From Mobula hypostoma (taxonomy: Eukaryota): 64,000 nt of DNA. A program made the translations under genes and the position numbers. The notes beneath the pieces were generated by a model. It did no database searches and was not told where the DNA came from. It saw only the letters and a list, made by a program, of their open reading frames with translations. Positions 11,249-24,118 of this stretch are shown here, one piece after another (within the stretch, counting starts at the first letter, position 1; each line of letters begins with the position of its first letter). Location: assembly GCF_963921235.1 (NCBI RefSeq), contig NC_086108.1, forward strand, positions 82,710,001 to 82,774,000, given 5' to 3'.

Positions 11249-11795
11249 TCCTTGAATACTCCTGCTAGTTGATTGGCACAGGTTTTCAGAGCCTTACCAG
11301 GTACTCCATCAGGACCTTCCGCCTTGAGAGGGTTCACTCTCTTCAAAGATAGCCTAACGTCGGCCTCTGAGACAGAGATCACAGGGCCACTGGGATCTTC
11401 ACAGATGCAGTTATGTTCTCCCTTTCAAAGTGGGCATAGAAGGCATTGAGTTAATCTGGTAATGAAGCATTGCTACCATTCATGCTATTGGGTTTCATAT
11501 TGTAGGAAGTAATGTCTTGCAAACCTTGCCAGAGTTGTCGTACATCTAATGTCTCCTCCAACATCATTTGAAATTGTCTCTTCGCCCTTGAAATAGCCCT
11601 CCGCTAGTCATACCTGGTTTTCTGGTACAGACCATAGTCGCCAGCCTTGAATGCCACAGATCTAGCCTTCAGCCTCCTGGTTCATCCACGATTTTGGATT
11701 TGGGAACGTACAGCAAGTCTTTGTAGGCACACACTCATCTACACAGGCTTTAACGAAGTTGGTAACAACTGCAGCATACTCATCCAAATTTGAAG
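11249..11795 (-). mobile_element. Rex1/Babar LINE, upstream continuation of the 5491-7143 copy
   Basis: GPDGVPGKALKTCANQLAGVFKDI joins in frame to FNLSLL at about 7143 once the CR1 is removed. Confidence 0.9.
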
Positions 11796-11809
11796 ACGAA
11801 TCCACAACC

Positions 11810-12685
11810 AACAAGTATACCACAGATGCAATCTTATGCCTCTCCACTCGGCTTTGGATCACCTGGCCAATAGCAATACCCATGTCAGGCTGCTATTTAT
11901 TGAATGCATCTCTGCATTCAATACAATCATACCTAATTAGGAAGCCACAAAACCTAAGTACCTCCTTCTGCAACGGTATCCTTGACTTCCTCACTGGGAG
12001 GCCACAGTCAGTGCGGGTCGGAAATAGCATCTTCTCCTCACTGACAATCAGCACTGGTGCATCTCAAGGATACGTACATAGCCCATTGCTCTACTCTCTC
12101 TACATCCATGACTGTGTGACTAAGCACAGCTCAAATGCCATTTATAAATTGGCTTATGACACAACTATTGTTGACCAAATTTCAGATGGTGACAAGGAAA
12201 CGCACAGGACTTAGATGGATCAGCTAGTTGAGAGATGTCACAAAAAACAACTTTCCATTCAACCTCATTAAGACTAAAGAATTGACTATGGATTTCAGGA
12301 GAAGTCTGGGAACACACACCAGTTCTCATCAAAGGATCAGCATGAAAAGTCTGAGCAATAACGAGTTCCTAGGTATAAAACATCTCTGAAGATCTATTGT
12401 GGGCCTAACATGTTGACAAAATTACAAATAAGGCTTGACAGCAGCTACATTTCATCAGGAGTTTGAGGAGGCTTGGTATGTCACCAAAGACTGTCACAAA
12501 TCTCTACAGATGTTTTACGGAAAACATTCTAACTGGTTGCATCCCCGTCTGCTCTGGAGCGGGGTCACTGCACAAAGTTAGAAAAAGCTTTTTATAGTTC
12601 TTTTTAATTATTATGTACTGCTGCCACAAAGCAACAAATTTCATGATGTATGCCAATGATATTAAACTGATTCTGGTTTGGATTC
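11810..12685 (+). mobile_element. Rex1/Babar LINE 3' fragment, degraded
   Basis: [22 protein letters not shown] and KLAYDTTI, with an AAACTGATTCTG-type tail. Confidence 0.85.
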
Positions 12686-13790
12686 CGCCATTCCATCATA
12701 TCAGATTTATTATACCGCTCAACCTCATTCTCCTGCCTTCTCCCCGTAACCTTTGACACTCTGACTATTCAGGAGCCGATCAACCTGTGTTTTAAATATA
12801 CTCAATAACGTGGCCTCCACAGCTATCCATGGCAATGAATTCCACAGATTCACTAACGTCTGGCTAAATAAATTCTTACACATCTGTGTTCTAAATGGAT
12901 GACTCTCTATTCTGAGGCTCTGCCCACTGGCCCTATACTCCCCCACAACAGAAAACATCCTCTCCACATCCACTCTATCTAGGCCTTTCAAAATTCAATA
13001 TGTTTCAATAAGATGCCCCAACTTCTTCTAAACTCCTGTGAGTACAGGCCCAGACCCATCAAACTCTCCTCACACTTTAACCCTTTCATTCCCAGAATCA
13101 TTCTCATGAACCTCCTCTGGACCCTTTCCAATGCCAGCACATCTTTTCTCAGATGAGGGACCCAAAATGGCTCACAATACTCCAAGAGTGGTCTAACTAA
13201 TGCCTTATAAAGCCACAGCATCACATCGTTGCTTTTATATGCTAGTCCTCTCAAAATTACTGTTGACGTTGCATTTGCCTTTCTTACCACCGACTCAATC
13301 TGCAAGTTAACCCTTAGGGAGTCCTGCATGAGTACTCCAAAGTCCCTTTGCACCTCTGATTCTTGAATTTTCTCCCCCCTACACCTTTATTCCTTCTGCT
13401 AAGGTACTTGATCACACATTTCCCTACACTATATTACATCTGCAGCTTCTTTGCCCATTCTGCCAATCTGTCTAAATCCTACTGCAGACTCCCTGATTCC
13501 TCAGCACTATCTGTCCCTCTACCTATCTGTGTATCATCCACAAAGTTGGCCATAAAGCTACTAGTTCCATTGTCCAAACACAAACTGTAATGTGAAAAGA
13601 AGTGGTCCTAATACTGATCCCTGAAGAACACCACAAGTCACCAGCAGCCAACCAGAAAAGCCTCCATTTACTCTTACCCTTTGCCTCCTGTCAGTCATCC
13701 AATTTTATACCCATGCTAGTCTCCTTCCAGTATTACCATGGGCTCTTATCTTACTAAGTAGACTCATGTGCAGCACCTTGTTGAAGACCT
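12686..13790 (-). mobile_element. CR1 LINE 3' fragment
   Basis: LYKALVRPLLEYC, LERVQRRFMRMI and VNLWNSLP. Confidence 0.9.
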
Positions 13791-14154
13791 CTCTATACTG
13801 TCCAGTTTGTAAACATTTGAGTCTAATGTACTGATTCAGCTTTTTTCCCATTGCTGGAAATGTGGTGGGGAACCTGTTGTAACAAAAATAAACTGCCTGG
13901 CGATTTCAGAGTCAGTTACATCCCATAATATTCCTGGTTGGAACTTTTTCATGAGGCTGCAAGTTTCTGGCCCAGTGATGAAGATGGTAAAGTAATATAA
14001 ATCAAAGTTGTAATAATGTGCGACTTATCAACATGAAGGTATGGCATTTGCAGCTGCAGTTCTTATAATCCTAGGTGGTGGACGATGCAGATTTGAAAGC
14101 ATGTATTGAAACCTTGGTGAGCTTCTACAGAGCATCCAATGAACAATGGACAAG

Positions 14155-14360
14155 GTGACACAATAGCGTAGTGGTTAGCGTGATGTTATTACAGCTCGGG
14201 TGTCAGAGTTAGGAGTTCAATTTCAATGTCGCCTGTGAAGTTTTGTATGTTCCTCCCTGTGAATGTGTGGGTTTCCTCTGGGTGGGCTGGTTTGCCCCAC
14301 ATTCCAATGACGTACTGGCTAGTAAGTGAATTGGACATTGTAAATCGTCCTGTGATTTTT
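14155..14360 (+). mobile_element. tRNA-derived V-domain SINE (HE1-like)
   Basis: A-box-like TAGCGTAGTGG, B-box-like GAGTTCAATT, and V-domain GTATGTTCCTCCCTGTG..GTGGGTTTCCTCTGGGTG..CCCACATTCCAA. Confidence 0.75.
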
Positions 14361-14699
14361 ACTCTGAATCTCAAAATTTAAAAAAATACAAAATAAACTT
14401 GGCTCGTGCAGAAGTGGAGTTCAAGGTGGTAAATTGCTTTCTTCTGGATGGTGTACAAAGGTTCTTACACATTAGTGATATGGTGGAGAGGTGTTAGGAC
14501 ATCACGGGGTGCATCATTTGCCACAGTGCACTCAGCCTCTGACTTGTTCTGAAAGAAATTCTTGACTTGTCCACTTGAGTTTCGGGCCAGGATGTTGTGG
14601 CAGAAATTTGGCAATATTAATGCTATTCAATGTTGAGGAGCAAGTACTAGGTTCTCTCTTGACTAAAATGGTCATTATATTGAAATGGAATAAAGAAAC

Positions 14700-15236
14700 G
14701 TATCAAGCTGCATCTCCATCTGGTACGGGAGCAGCAGAGCATTGAACTGGAAGTTCCTACAAAGGACTTGAGAGAATGGCTGAGAGGATTATAGGGGTCT
14801 CCCTAGCATCCACTGGGGATAATTATCAGGAGTGCTGCATACGCAAGGCCCTTAGCATTATCAAAGTTCACACTCATCCATCCAGCATCCACTTTGACAT
14901 TCTACCTTTAGACAGGAGACTCTGGTGCATAAAGACAAGAATGGTCAGGGTGGGAAATAGCTTCTTCCCTCAGGCCATTAGGCTTCTGAACTCCCTGCCA
15001 CATCGTATTCAAAATGTCACCTGATAATTTGCACTGTACCCTACAATATTTAATATCTGCACTTTACTTTGTTTGTCTATGTGTAATTCATTTGCAGATT
15101 GAATTATTACATTCCTAAGTAATTGTGTGTTATGCTTATTACTGTGCTTTACATCCTGGCCCGGAGAAACATTGTCTTGTTTGGCTGTATACGTGTATAT
15201 AGTTAAATGACAATAATCCTGACTTGACTTGACTTA
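14700..15236 (+). mobile_element. Rex1/Babar LINE 3' fragment with a (GACTT)n tail
   Basis: ALSIIKVHTHPS and NSFFPQAIRLLN. Tail GACTTGACTTGACTT. Confidence 0.8.
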
Positions 15237-15384
15237 GTGATAACTGCACTGCATTTTGAAGGTGGTACACATTCCAGTATCATGCAACCACTATTCCATT
15301 TCGTTGTCAAACTGTAATGTCCTTTCTACATTGGCTTTGCCTTCTGGCCATGGGAATAAACAGTCTGCTGCAGAGTTCAGTCCC

Positions 15385-15650
15385 AAATACAAACTCTCCT
15401 CTCCTCTCAGATTCCTTCATCTCCAGCTGTTACATCTCCAACCCACCTGGCTTCAGCTATCACTTCCTAGTTATCCTTCTTCCCGTCCACCCCCGCCCCT
15501 CACCTTTCTCCAGTGCTGAAAAAGGGTTGCGGCCAAAAACAATGACTGCTTGTTCACTTCCATGGATGCTGCCTGACTGCTGAGTTTCTCCAGCATTTTG
15601 TGTCTGTGTTACTTTGGATTTCCAGCCTCTGCAGATTGCCTTGTGTTAAA
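15385..15650 (+). mobile_element. Decayed PLE 3' terminus with a degenerate hammerhead
   Basis: Pyrimidine-rich UTR, then CAGTGCTGAAAAAGGGTTGCGGCCAAAAACAATGACTG and GATGCTGCCTGACTGCTGAGTT. Confidence 0.7.
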
Positions 15651-15979
15651 CATCTGACTTGCTGCTTTTAAGAATACAAGGAGAAGGAATGAGAGGACAT
15701 AAGACTATTTAGCAAGGACATTTCTTTTGCCTTTACCAGAAGATTATATGGTTACTGAATGGTTATTGGTGGAAAAGGGACGGAATCATCGTGTGGATAA
15801 GTTCCATGGCAACATGATCGGAAGTTTAATAGATCAATTGCCTTTTTATTGTTTCTCATAGATTCAAACATAGAAACAGGTCAAGGTTAAAAGATTGTAG
15901 AAGTATTGCTGTAAAATGCTTTCTTAACACTAGGAGACAAAGAGTACCGTTATCCATTTTGCTTGTCACAGAACACCCC

Positions 15980-16520
15980 GATAAACTTCAACAGATATAC
16001 CATTGAAAGTATCCTGACTAGTTGTATCATGTTCATCCTTTGCAATTCAAATGCACGGGAATGTAAGTAGCTGCAGGGAATACTTAGCTCTGCCCAATAC
16101 ATTATGTGCATGTTCCTCTCTACGGTAGGTAGTACCTGCAGGAGGCACTGTCTCCATCAGCAAAGATCCCTACTACCCAAACCATGCTACCTTTTCATTA
16201 GGCAGGAGGTACAAAATCCTGAAGTCTCGCATTACCAGGTTCAAGAACAGCTACAGCCCTTCAACTATTCAGTTCTTGAACCAACTGGTAAAATGTTAAT
16301 CACTACAGTTTAGCAACACTCTGAACATTTTGACCACTTCGCAATAAAATGGATTTTTTCATTCTAATTGTTTTTCAATGTTAAAATATGTATAATTTAC
16401 ATTTAATTTACATTTTTCTTGTGAATGCTGCTTATATAATACTATGTATCAGTTATACTGCTGAAAGTAGTTTGTCTTTGCACGTGTATATGGGAATAAA
16501 CTCAACCTGGATTTTGACAT
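15980..16520 (+). mobile_element. Old Rex1/Babar 3' fragment
   Basis: Degenerate match to the 3' region seen in other copies (..ACCAGGTTCAAGAACAGCTAC..). Confidence 0.65.
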
Positions 16521-17407
16521 ACAATGCCATTTGACTTCAAGTCAATTTGTTTACAGAATGCATCTGCTCTTCATAAATGGCAATAGTTGTGATTGGTTAT
16601 ATAATCTTTTACAGTAAAATTAGAATAGCAGACTATAAAGAGGGCAAGTTTTGAGCACTTTGTAAAGTCATCCATCTGAAGAGATTGCAATGACAAATGG
16701 AATATTATGTTAATATCAGATCATTGATCCATGTCCAGTTTGAGCCAATTACTCTACTGTCCCTCCCTAATTGGTCTACTATCACTCTTTCTCAAATTTC
16801 CTTCAACTTTAATCATCTTCCACATTCCCTTTGGAACCTGCTTCAGCTACAGTTGGGGATAATGAATCCCATACTTGGCATTTATGTAAACCAACTTTTC
16901 TGACTTTCTTAAATTTTTTATCTGACATTAACTGATATAAAGCACCAATCACTAAATATCCATCACCTCAAGCCTTCAATTAGATCACTGATTGAACTTC
17001 TCCATCCTATTATTCTGCACCTTTTCTAACTTTTATCCCATATTATTGGAACATTTCAGGGAACCTATGCTGCAGTTTCTTCATTGTTTTAATATTATTC
17101 CTGTAATAGTAATGGAGATGTTAGCAAACAATATTGTTCCCCCATGGGCTAAAAGGCCTTCACTGGCTGTAGTGTTCTATTTACAAACACACGTACGATG
17201 ATTGTGTTCCTTATGTTAAAAAAAATCCTTAAATTTTCATCTGGCATGTCCCTTATTCACTTCCTGCCAAATAAGAATTTGAAATAATTCATTGTCTCAC
17301 TGTTGCTGACATATGTGGTAGTGAATTAGGAGACATTAGGCTTGACACTATTCCTCTAGAGGTGCCTGTTGCATTATATTTCCAATTTCTTTTCTCCTCT
17401 ATCTCAC

Positions 17408-17631
17408 TTTTAAGCTGCTCTTGGGGGCAATATTCTGAATAGGATCTGATGCTGGTTTCTTGCCCAGTGCAGCATTCAGGAGAAAATCGTGGACCTGAAG
17501 TTGCAGTTGTCCAATGGGTGATGAACTTTTGTTTTGCCGAGAGACAGAAGTTGCTGGGATGGTTCTCCTTGGAGCAGAGACAATTGATGGGAGATTTAAG
17601 AGTCTTCGGCCCAGCATATTGATGCAGTTAA
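17408..17631 (-). CDS. Candidate internal coding exon of an unidentified gene (phase 1 start, phase 0 end)
   Basis: Acceptor ccttctag and donor AAA|gtgaga. Only one frame is open across the 224 bp (NCINMLGRRLLNLPSIVSAP..LQLQVHDFLLNAALG..). No repeat recognised and no homolog recognised. Confidence 0.45.
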
Positions 17632-17634
17632 CTA

Positions 17635-18295
17635 GAAGGCACGACAGCAGTTATATTTCATTCAGAGTCTGAGGAGGATTGGTCTGTCAGCAAAGACACT
17701 TGCAAGTTTCTACTGATGTACCGTGGAGAGCATCACCGTCTGGTATGGTGGGGCCACTGCACAGGATCAGAGAAAGCGGCAGAAAGTCAAAAACTCAGCC
17801 AGCTCTATCGTGGGCACGAGCTTCCCCAACATCCAGGAAACCCCCAAAGGGTGATGCCTCAAAAAGGCAGCATCCATCATTAAGGATCCCCATCACCCAG
17901 GACATTCCCTCTTCTCATTGCTACCATCAAGGAAGAGTCCATAAGGCCATAAAACATAGGAGAAGAATTAGGCCTTCTGGCCCATCGAGTCTGCTCCACC
18001 ATTTCGTCATGGCTGATCCAAGAGGTACAGGAGCCTAAAGACACACACTCAGCATTTCGGGAGCAGCTTCTTCCCGTCTGCCACAGGATTTCTGAATGGA
18101 CAATGAACCCACGAACGCTACCTCAGGAATTTTGTTTCTCAGTTTTTGCACTACTTATTTAATTAAATTTTCTTTTTTTGTATACATATTGTAATTTTAT
18201 AGTATTTATTATTATGCACTGCAGTGCGCTGCTGCCACAAAACAACAAATTTCACAACATATGCCAGTGATAATAAAACTGATTCTGGTTCTGAA
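17635..18295 (+). mobile_element. Rex1/Babar 3' fragment containing a small antisense CR1 3' end (about 17938-18018)
   Basis: AASIIKDPHHPGHSLFSLLPSRK, CTGATTCTG tail, and an inserted CATAAGGCCATAAAACATAGGAG segment. Confidence 0.8.
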
Positions 18296-19549
18296 ATTAA
18301 GTGGAGCTTTTATCATTTAAGTAAAAAGAAACAATTTCCACTAACAGAATATCAGTCATTAGGGGTTTTAGATTTAAAAGTTAACAATAAAAGCGAAGAC
18401 GGATGCAGTAAGAATTTCACAGGATACTATTTCAACTTAAAGGGTGGTAGAAGCAGATTCAATATTAACTCTTAAAAGATATAAGACATACCATAGGAAA
18501 AGAAAGATTTCAGGGATGTAGAGAAAGATTGGGAAAATTCAATCCAATGAATTGCTTTTTCAAATAAAACAACGTGCTGGAAATATTCAGCAGGTCAGGT
18601 GCAACTGTGAAGAGAGAAACACAATTGGCAATCAATAAAACTGATTAAAGGTCCTTGTCCTGAAAATTCATCTCTCTCTCTCTCTCTGTACTTGCTACCT
18701 AACCTGCACAGCATTTCTTCCATTTCCTTTTTCGTATTTGAGATTTCCAACAATTGCAGGATTTTGCTTTTGACTTCTTTCTGAACAAACAATTTCTTAA
18801 CTTCCACTTTTTTCTGTAAGATTTATCCTAGTGTTGTGGCAGGAATTCTGAAATGGAAGGGGTACAAGTTAATGCAGGAAGGTTAACAAATAACTATATA
18901 TTAAAACTTTCATAGGTTGTTACCAAAGATTTAAATATATCCCAATAGATTCCCGGACCAATGATGCATTAAACATTTCAGTGTCATAACTATAGTTCCA
19001 ATCTTCTGAGGGAAAAGGGAATTGGAAACCAATATATTAAAAAAAAGATTTTTAATATTTACCCATGTGGCAAATGAACTCTTTGGATACTAAATGGAAT
19101 GTAGTTTACCAGGGAAGATTGCCCTAATAATCTAATGCGATTCAATCTGATCAATGGTTTCAATGCACGGTAAACAAATTTCCATAACTAATCTCAGTTG
19201 TGGTAAAATGTTATTTGATTCTATTCATGAAATTCCTCATATACATCACTTTTTTTAGTCTATGTTCACCATGTTGCCTTTATCACACCATATCAGGATT
19301 TGGCACAATTAGTATAAAATACTATTTTATAAACTTTATGTGTGGCTTTAGAATCAAAAAAGACACCTACAAGGGAAAGTGAGCGGTTATTACTATTTAG
19401 TTTTATAAATTTATCAAAGTCAAATAGAACAGTCCTAATCCCGCACAAAGGCCTTAATTCCTTATTTTGTTAGGATAAGATGGTGGTACCTCTTTTAAAA
19501 ATGTTAGCAGGGATAAATCGGCTCCCATGTTTCTTATGCTGCTCCCATA

Positions 19550-19800
19550 CTAGAACGTCAATGTGGTTAAGGGCAGAGATAGAAGATTGATAACGTTATG
19601 AAAGGGTGGTGTGAGTGTGGTCAAGCTGCCAGAGGAAGTGGTGAATGCGGATTTGATTATGATGTTTAAGAGAAGTTTGGATAAGTACATGGAAGGAGAG
19701 ACTTGGAAGGCTACGGTCCAGGTACAGGTCAATGCGACTAGCCATGGACTAGATAGACCAAAAGGCTTGTTTCCTTGCTGTAGCACTCTATGTCTCTAAA
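19550..19800 (+). mobile_element. CR1 3' end fragment
   Basis: LPEEVVNAD..FKRSLDKYM and a CR1-type 3' UTR. Confidence 0.75.
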
Positions 19801-20009
19801 CGAAGAAATGATCCTAATTCCGTTCTAATTGAAATGATGAGAATAGTTGGCTTGGACTTAAAATTTTAGCTGAGTCAATTTTATATTCCAGAAATTTGCT
19901 ACCAGAGCAGCATGGTTGGAATAGCATACAAATGTGAAATAATATTATAACTGGAGTTTAACACACATCCTGTTAGCAGAGCTGATATGTTACTGGAGAT
20001 CCAGTAGCA

Positions 20010-20300
20010 GAGCTGGTAGTGCTGCTGCCTGACAGCTCCAGTGAACTGGGTCTGCACTTGATCTCAGCTGCTGTTTAAATAGAATTTTCACGCTGTCCCT
20101 TTGACAGTGCAAGTTTCTCCCCCCTGCCCAAAGATGCACTGAAGAATTAATGGACCTCTGTAAATTACAACTAGTATGGGTGGATTTTCATGTGGAGATC
20201 AGGGGTAGTTGGTGAGCATGTGAAAGGTTAAAAGGGAATATAAGTATGGGAGAGCTGGCAGAGATTTGATGGGCTGAATTGCATCTTTGCATATGATAAG
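20010..20300 (+). mobile_element. Degraded V-SINE
   Basis: GTAGTGCTGCTGCCTGACAGCTCCAGTGA head and CCCAAAGA..TGTAAATT V-domain remnants. Confidence 0.55.
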
Positions 20301-20399
20301 AAAACATGAGGCACCAATTCATATATTGCAAATCTTTTTTTAAAATAAGTTTTAATTTTCATTTTGATGAAAACCACTTTGTTCCACTTCATTAACAAC

Positions 20400-21080
20400 A
20401 AGGAAAGTTCTTCCAGGTAAGGCAACATTTCACCTGTGAATCTGCTAGGGTCGTCCATTGTGTCTGCTGCTCCTGATGCGGTTTCCTCTACGTTGGTAAG
20501 ACCCGCCGTAAATTGGGGACCGCTTCGTCGAGCACCTCCACTCCAACCACCAACAGAACTTCCTGGTAGCCAAACATTTTAATTCTGATTCCCATTTCTG
20601 TTCCAATATGTTGGTCCATGGCCTCCTCTTGCGCCATGATGAGACTACCCTCAAGGTGGAGGAGCAACACGTTATATTACATCTCTGTAGCCTCCAGCCT
20701 GATGGCATGAATATCAATTTCTCCTTCTGTTAAAAATATTCCCTCCCCTCTTCTTCTGCTCCCACTCTGGCCTCTTACCTCTTCTCATCTGCCCATCACC
20801 TCCTCCTGGATCCCCACCTTCTTCCCTTTCTCCCATGATCCACTCTCCTCTCCTATCAGATTTTTTCTTCTCCAGCCCTTTACTTTTCCCACCCACCTGG
20901 CTTCACTTATCACCTTCTCTCTATCTTCCTTCCCCTCACCTACCTTTTTATTCTGGTGTCTTCCCCCTTCCTTCCAATCCTGAAGAAGAGTCTCAGAGAT
21001 GCTGTCTGACCTGCTGCGTTCCTCCAGCATTGTGCCTGTATTACTTTGGATTCCCTGCGCCTGCAGAATTTCTCGTGTTG
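20400..21080 (+). mobile_element. Neptune-type Penelope-like element 3' part: GIY-YIG endonuclease remnant, UTR and terminus
   Basis: Translates to FQVRQHFTCESARVVHCVCCS*CGFLYVGKTRRKLG..RFVEHL..VAKHFN..LKVEEQHVILHLCSLQPDGMNI, a Cys-rich GIY-YIG domain typical of Neptune. Confidence 0.85.
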
Positions 21081-21626
21081 ATGAAGGTAAAGTGGGGTAT
21101 ACCACACCATGCAAGATTTCTCTGTTTGGAGTAGGGACAGTGGATTTTGAAAAAGTATTGGTGTTGACATTTATCTTATAAATTAATTCTGAAAGCAGGA
21201 CTCCCCTTATAATTGACAGTGATAAGCAGTCGATTTTGAAAAAGGGTCCTACATAGCAAGGCTGTTCCATATATGAACTCCTGATTTCGTGGAGATTCTG
21301 TAGGTAATGCTTCTATACATTTATAAAAAAGAAACATCTGCAATTATATAGCACCATTCATTACGTGACTACGTGACACTCAACAATTAATGAAATACTA
21401 TTGAAGTTGGGTTAGTATTATAATGAAAAGATTGTTGCTGTCAAATTTGGACATAGCAAGCTCTCACAAACAAGAATGCAACAAAGATCATACAATTTGT
21501 TGACTAAGGCATAAAATTGACCAGGGCACGAGACGTAAATTTAAAACTGTGCGACAAAATGTTTCACTGAGAGCAAATGGGGCCCTGGATTACAAAGAAC
21601 CTGAATGGTATTTTTCTATGTTGATG

Positions 21627-21728
21627 CAAACATGAGGAAATCTACAGATGCTGGAATTTCAAGCAGCACACATAAAAGTTGCTGGTGAACGCAGCAGGCA
21701 GGGCAGCATCTCTAGATGCTGCCTGGCC
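21627..21728. mobile_element. 102-bp fold-back PLE terminus insertion with a 14-bp TSD
   Basis: TSD TTTCTATGTTGATG at 21613-21626 and 21729-21742. Internal hairpin GGCAGCATCT-CT-AGATGCTGCC. Confidence 0.85.
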
Positions 21729-22019
21729 TTTCTATGTTGATGGAATATTCAAAGATTCAAAGTACATTTATTATCAGCCTCGAGATTTGTTTGCTCACAG
21801 GAAGCCACAAAGCAAGAAACCTGAAAGAACCCAATTAAAGAAAAAAAAATAAAAGACTGACACCTGATGTGCAAGAGAAAGAAAAAAAAGCACAAATCAT
21901 GCAAACAATTGAAACGAACTACAACATCCCAAGCCAAATTGAGTCCTCAGATCAGAACCCTGGAGCAACCAAGAGTAGGCCCAAAGCCTCGCTTATCAGT
22001 TCATCCTATTAGCAGGCAC

Positions 22020-24118
22020 GATATTCCACTATTTAAGAAAGGGGGCAAGGAAGCATAAAGGAAATTATAGACCTGTTAGCTTGACATCGGTGGTTGGGAA
22101 GTTGCTGGAGTCGATTGTCAAGGATGAGGTTACGGAGTACCTGGAGGCATATGACAAGATAGCAGACATCCCACCCTGCAAACACGCATTTCAGGGAGGT
22201 AGCAGCCCCGCCCCCTGCAACCCCATATTCCACCACCAACCGCCCCCCGCCCGCCACCCCCGTCGACCTCCAAGGGTGTATGTAATACTTTGTTTAGTGA
22301 TTTTGTCTAATCTGTAAACCAAGTTGGGTATATGCAGAAAATGTGACATTAAAATATGTACATATATTATCTTATATTATCATGTTTATTCTATTACAAC
22401 TTTAAGCAAGTCTACAGGGAGTTTGGAGTCATCACATAGGACATCAATAGAGTAGCTCCTTAGCAGCCAGCCAGCTAGTTTAAATAACATTAGCTATGCT
22501 AATGAACAAATGACACCTGTTAAACTCACCTCAACATGTCTTTTACATTTTAACCCACCATGGGCAATAGAAAAGTCACTGTTGCAAACAGTGCAGTGAG
22601 CAACACTGTCATTATTTTTGAGATCGACTGTAAAGCCCACCCACAAAGAAAACTGATGGGTCTACTTAGCACGAAGAGAGACCAATCAGGATGCTAGCTC
22701 TCGCTCTCCCTCTCCCTCTCAAAAAAATCGATTTGCGGGATATTGTGTATAATTTCCAGGCATCAGGGAGCCACTATCAATATGCGGGAGACTCCTGGAA
22801 CTTCCGGGAGAGGTGGGATGTCTGAGATAGGCAGAACTCAGCATGGTTTCCTTAAAGGAAAATCCTGCCTGACAAACCTATTGCAATTTTTTTGAGGAAA
22901 TTACAAGTAGGCTAGACAAGGGAGATGTAGTGGATGTTGTATATTTGGATTTTCAGAAGGCCTTCGACAAGGTGCTGCACATGAGCCTGCTAAACAAGGT
23001 AAGAGCCCATGGAATTACAGGAAAGTTACATACGTGGATAGAGCGTTGGCTGATTGGCAGAAAACAGATTGGGAATAATGGGATCCCATTCTGGTTGGCT
23101 GCCGGTCACCAGTGGTGTTCCACAGGGGTCCGTGTTGGGGCCGCTTCTTTTTACGTTGTACATCAACGATTTGGATTATGGAATAGATGGCTTTGTGGCT
23201 CAGTTTGCTGATGATACAAAGATAGGTGGAGGGGCCAATTGTGCTGAGGAAACAGAGTCTGCAGAGAGACTTGGGTAGATTGGGAGAATGGGCAAAGAAG
23301 TGGCAAATGAAATACAGTGTTGGAAAGTGTATGGTTATGCACTTTGGCAGAAGAAATAAATGGGCAGACTATTATTTAAATAGGGAGAGAATTCAAAGTT
23401 CTGAGATGCAACGGGACTTGGGAGTCCTTGTACAGGATACCCTTAAGGTTAACCTCCAGGTTGAGTTGGTGGTGAAGAAGGCGAATGCAATGTTGGCATT
23501 CATTTCTAGAGGAATAGAGTATAGGAGCAGGGATGTGATGTTGAGGCTCTATAAGGCGCTGGTAAGACCTCACTTGGAGTACTGTGCACAGTTTTGGGCT
23601 CCTTATTTAAGAAAGCATGTGCTGATGTTGGAGAGAGTTCAGAGAAGATTCACTAGAATGATTCTGGGAATGAGAGGGTTAACATATGAGGAACGTTTGT
23701 CCGCTCTTGGACTGTACTCCTTGGAGTTTAGAAGAATGAGGTGGGACCTCATAGAAACATTTCGAATGTTGGAAGGCATGGACAGAGTGGATGTGGCAAA
23801 GTTGTTTCCCATGATGGGGGAGTCTAGTACGAGAGGGCATGACTTAAATATTGAAGACACCCATTCAGAACAGAGATGTTCAGAAATTTTTTTAGCCAGA
23901 GGGTGGTGAATCTGTGGAATATGTTGCCATGGGCGGCAGTGGAGGCCAAGTCATTGGGTGTATTTAAGGCAGAGGTTGATAGGTATCTGAGTAGCCAGGG
24001 CATCAAAAGTTATGGTGAGAAGGCGGGGAAGTGGGACTAAATGGGAAAATGGATCAGATAAAATGGCGGAATAGACTCGATGGGCCGAATGGCCAACTTC
24101 TGCTCCTTTGTCTTATGG
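22020..24118 (+). mobile_element. CR1 LINE 3' half (RT), interrupted by a hAT-like element
   Basis: PLFKKGG, LTSVVGKLLESI, YLDFQKAFDKV, GVPQGSVLGP and FADDTKIGG, with a CR1 3' UTR. Confidence 0.92.
22163..22824. mobile_element. Non-autonomous hAT-like DNA transposon, 662 bp, 6-bp TSD
   Basis: 13-bp TIRs CAGACATCCCACC / GGTGGGATGTCTG. AGATAG is duplicated at 22157-22162 and 22825-22830. Subterminal GGGAG repeats. Confidence 0.85.
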
